Below are positions 62,759 to 64,000 of a DNA stretch of 64,000 nucleotides, piece by piece. Every line of letters begins with the position of its first letter. Positions within the stretch are counted from its first letter, which is position 1. The DNA lies in assembly GCF_006345805.1 (NCBI RefSeq), contig NC_043000.1:23436001-23500000 (forward strand). The letters run 5' to 3'. Below the pieces are notes generated by a model that saw only the letters and a list, made by a program, of their open reading frames with translations, did no database searches and was not told where the DNA came from. Origin of the DNA: Octopus sinensis. Lineage: Eukaryota. The position numbers and the translations under genes were made by a program.

Positions 62759-64000
62759 TATTATATATATATATATACACACACACTATATATATACTTG
62801 AAGGTAGTGTCATTTCAAGTGGGAACATTTGTGTAAGGGACACTATGTGTACCTGTATGTCTGTTTGTTTGATGAGCATTTTTTTTTTTTTTGCTTTTAG
62901 TGTATGAAAATCAAATGTGTATGTCAGTGTTATAGGTCATGTGTTGTGCATATTTTTGCATGTAGCCTGTGTTTTAGAAGGAAGAAGAGAGATATGAGTA
63001 AAAAGATATCACAAAGGAATATTTGTTTAGTAACCAGTAACATGGAAATATAACTAGAGAATCAACTGGTTCTTCATTTTTTTTGTTTTTGATTTCCCAA
63101 GTCACCCCATTCAACTCCATCAAAATAACACTTCTATCAGGAATTTTGTTCCAAATTAATTTTTTCCATTTTTTTTATATATATATTTTTTTCCCAAGTT
63201 TTTGAACAGTTTTGTTTACAATTTTTTTCAAATATTTTTCACTCTTAAAAAAAAAAAATTAAACTTCATTGTGAAAATTACTGGACATGTTTGTGGCTTT
63301 AATAAAAGGTTCTGTACAGGAATATGAAAGCCAATTTTTTGCTTTTTTTCAAGTTTTTTAAAAGTTTTTTTTAATTATCCTGATTCATGATCCTGACCAA
63401 ATCCTTCCAATATGATCCCCATAGGACTTCGCTTCAGGCCAATATATTCCATCTTGTTTGCCAATTTGTTCTTTATACTTCTCATTCTCAGAGAGGCATG
63501 TAGCAAAATTACTGGAAAATTAAAGAAAGATGAGTTAAATTTCTATTTTAAAAAACATAGGAAAGAGGAAAAAACTGACCAGAAGATTAAAAAAAAAAAA
63601 CATTTCAAACTGCAGTTAAAAATTAGCATTAAATAAAGGGGCTGATCTTAAATGGTAAACACAACGATTAACATTGAATCTCTTGTTACATAGCTGTTGA
63701 CTAAATCCAGGCTTTCTGTAAAACACAAGCAGGAAATCAAACATTATTATAGTTTCACTGTGCTAGCTTATAAAAAAAACAAACAATAGAAGTGCTATGT
63801 TTGAAAATAATCCTTTTTTAGTTTCTTTTAGAATCTGCTCCCATGCTTACATAATGTAAGCATCAATGTATTTCCTCAACAGCAGTTGTTCTCAATTGGG
63901 GTCTATATGGCCTTTGGGGGAAGTTGGGTTCCGTGTAAGATTTTGTTGTTTATACTTCTATGATCATGATGATCATCATCATCATTTAACGTCCTTTTTC

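Noticed and set aside
59700-64000. A-rich unique sequence resembling the 3' UTR of a minus-strand gene outside the window
   Set aside because: No coding exon or other direct support within the window.

Overview
AT-rich, intron- and repeat-rich animal DNA. The SINE/MITE/microsatellite repertoire looks like an octopus (cephalopod mollusc) genome; this is an inference. Two spliced host genes can be reconstructed. (1) The 3' part of a + strand gene (exons 731-898, 8205-8271, 12222-14617) encoding a probable nuclear protein with an NRF1/EWG-like motif, a C2HC-like zinc finger and SIM-like motifs. (2) A small - strand gene (34556-34619 + 31926-32290) encoding a 142-aa signal peptide/TM protein with a PSAP/Pro-Tyr-rich tail. 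The most striking structure is at 39.8-48.0 kb, where one (AAT)n microsatellite is split by four non-LTR retroelements from three clades: a near full-length Tx1-like LINE, a Dong/R4-like RLE fragment, a second 5'-truncated Tx1 and a CR1/L2-type fragment. This points to convergent microsatellite targeting. The window also holds Penelope-like remnants with minimal hammerhead ribozymes (one apparently intact at 20172-20217), piggyBac and Tc1/mariner derivatives and MITEs, Helitron-like elements and several SINE families. All calls are by eye, with no database searches.
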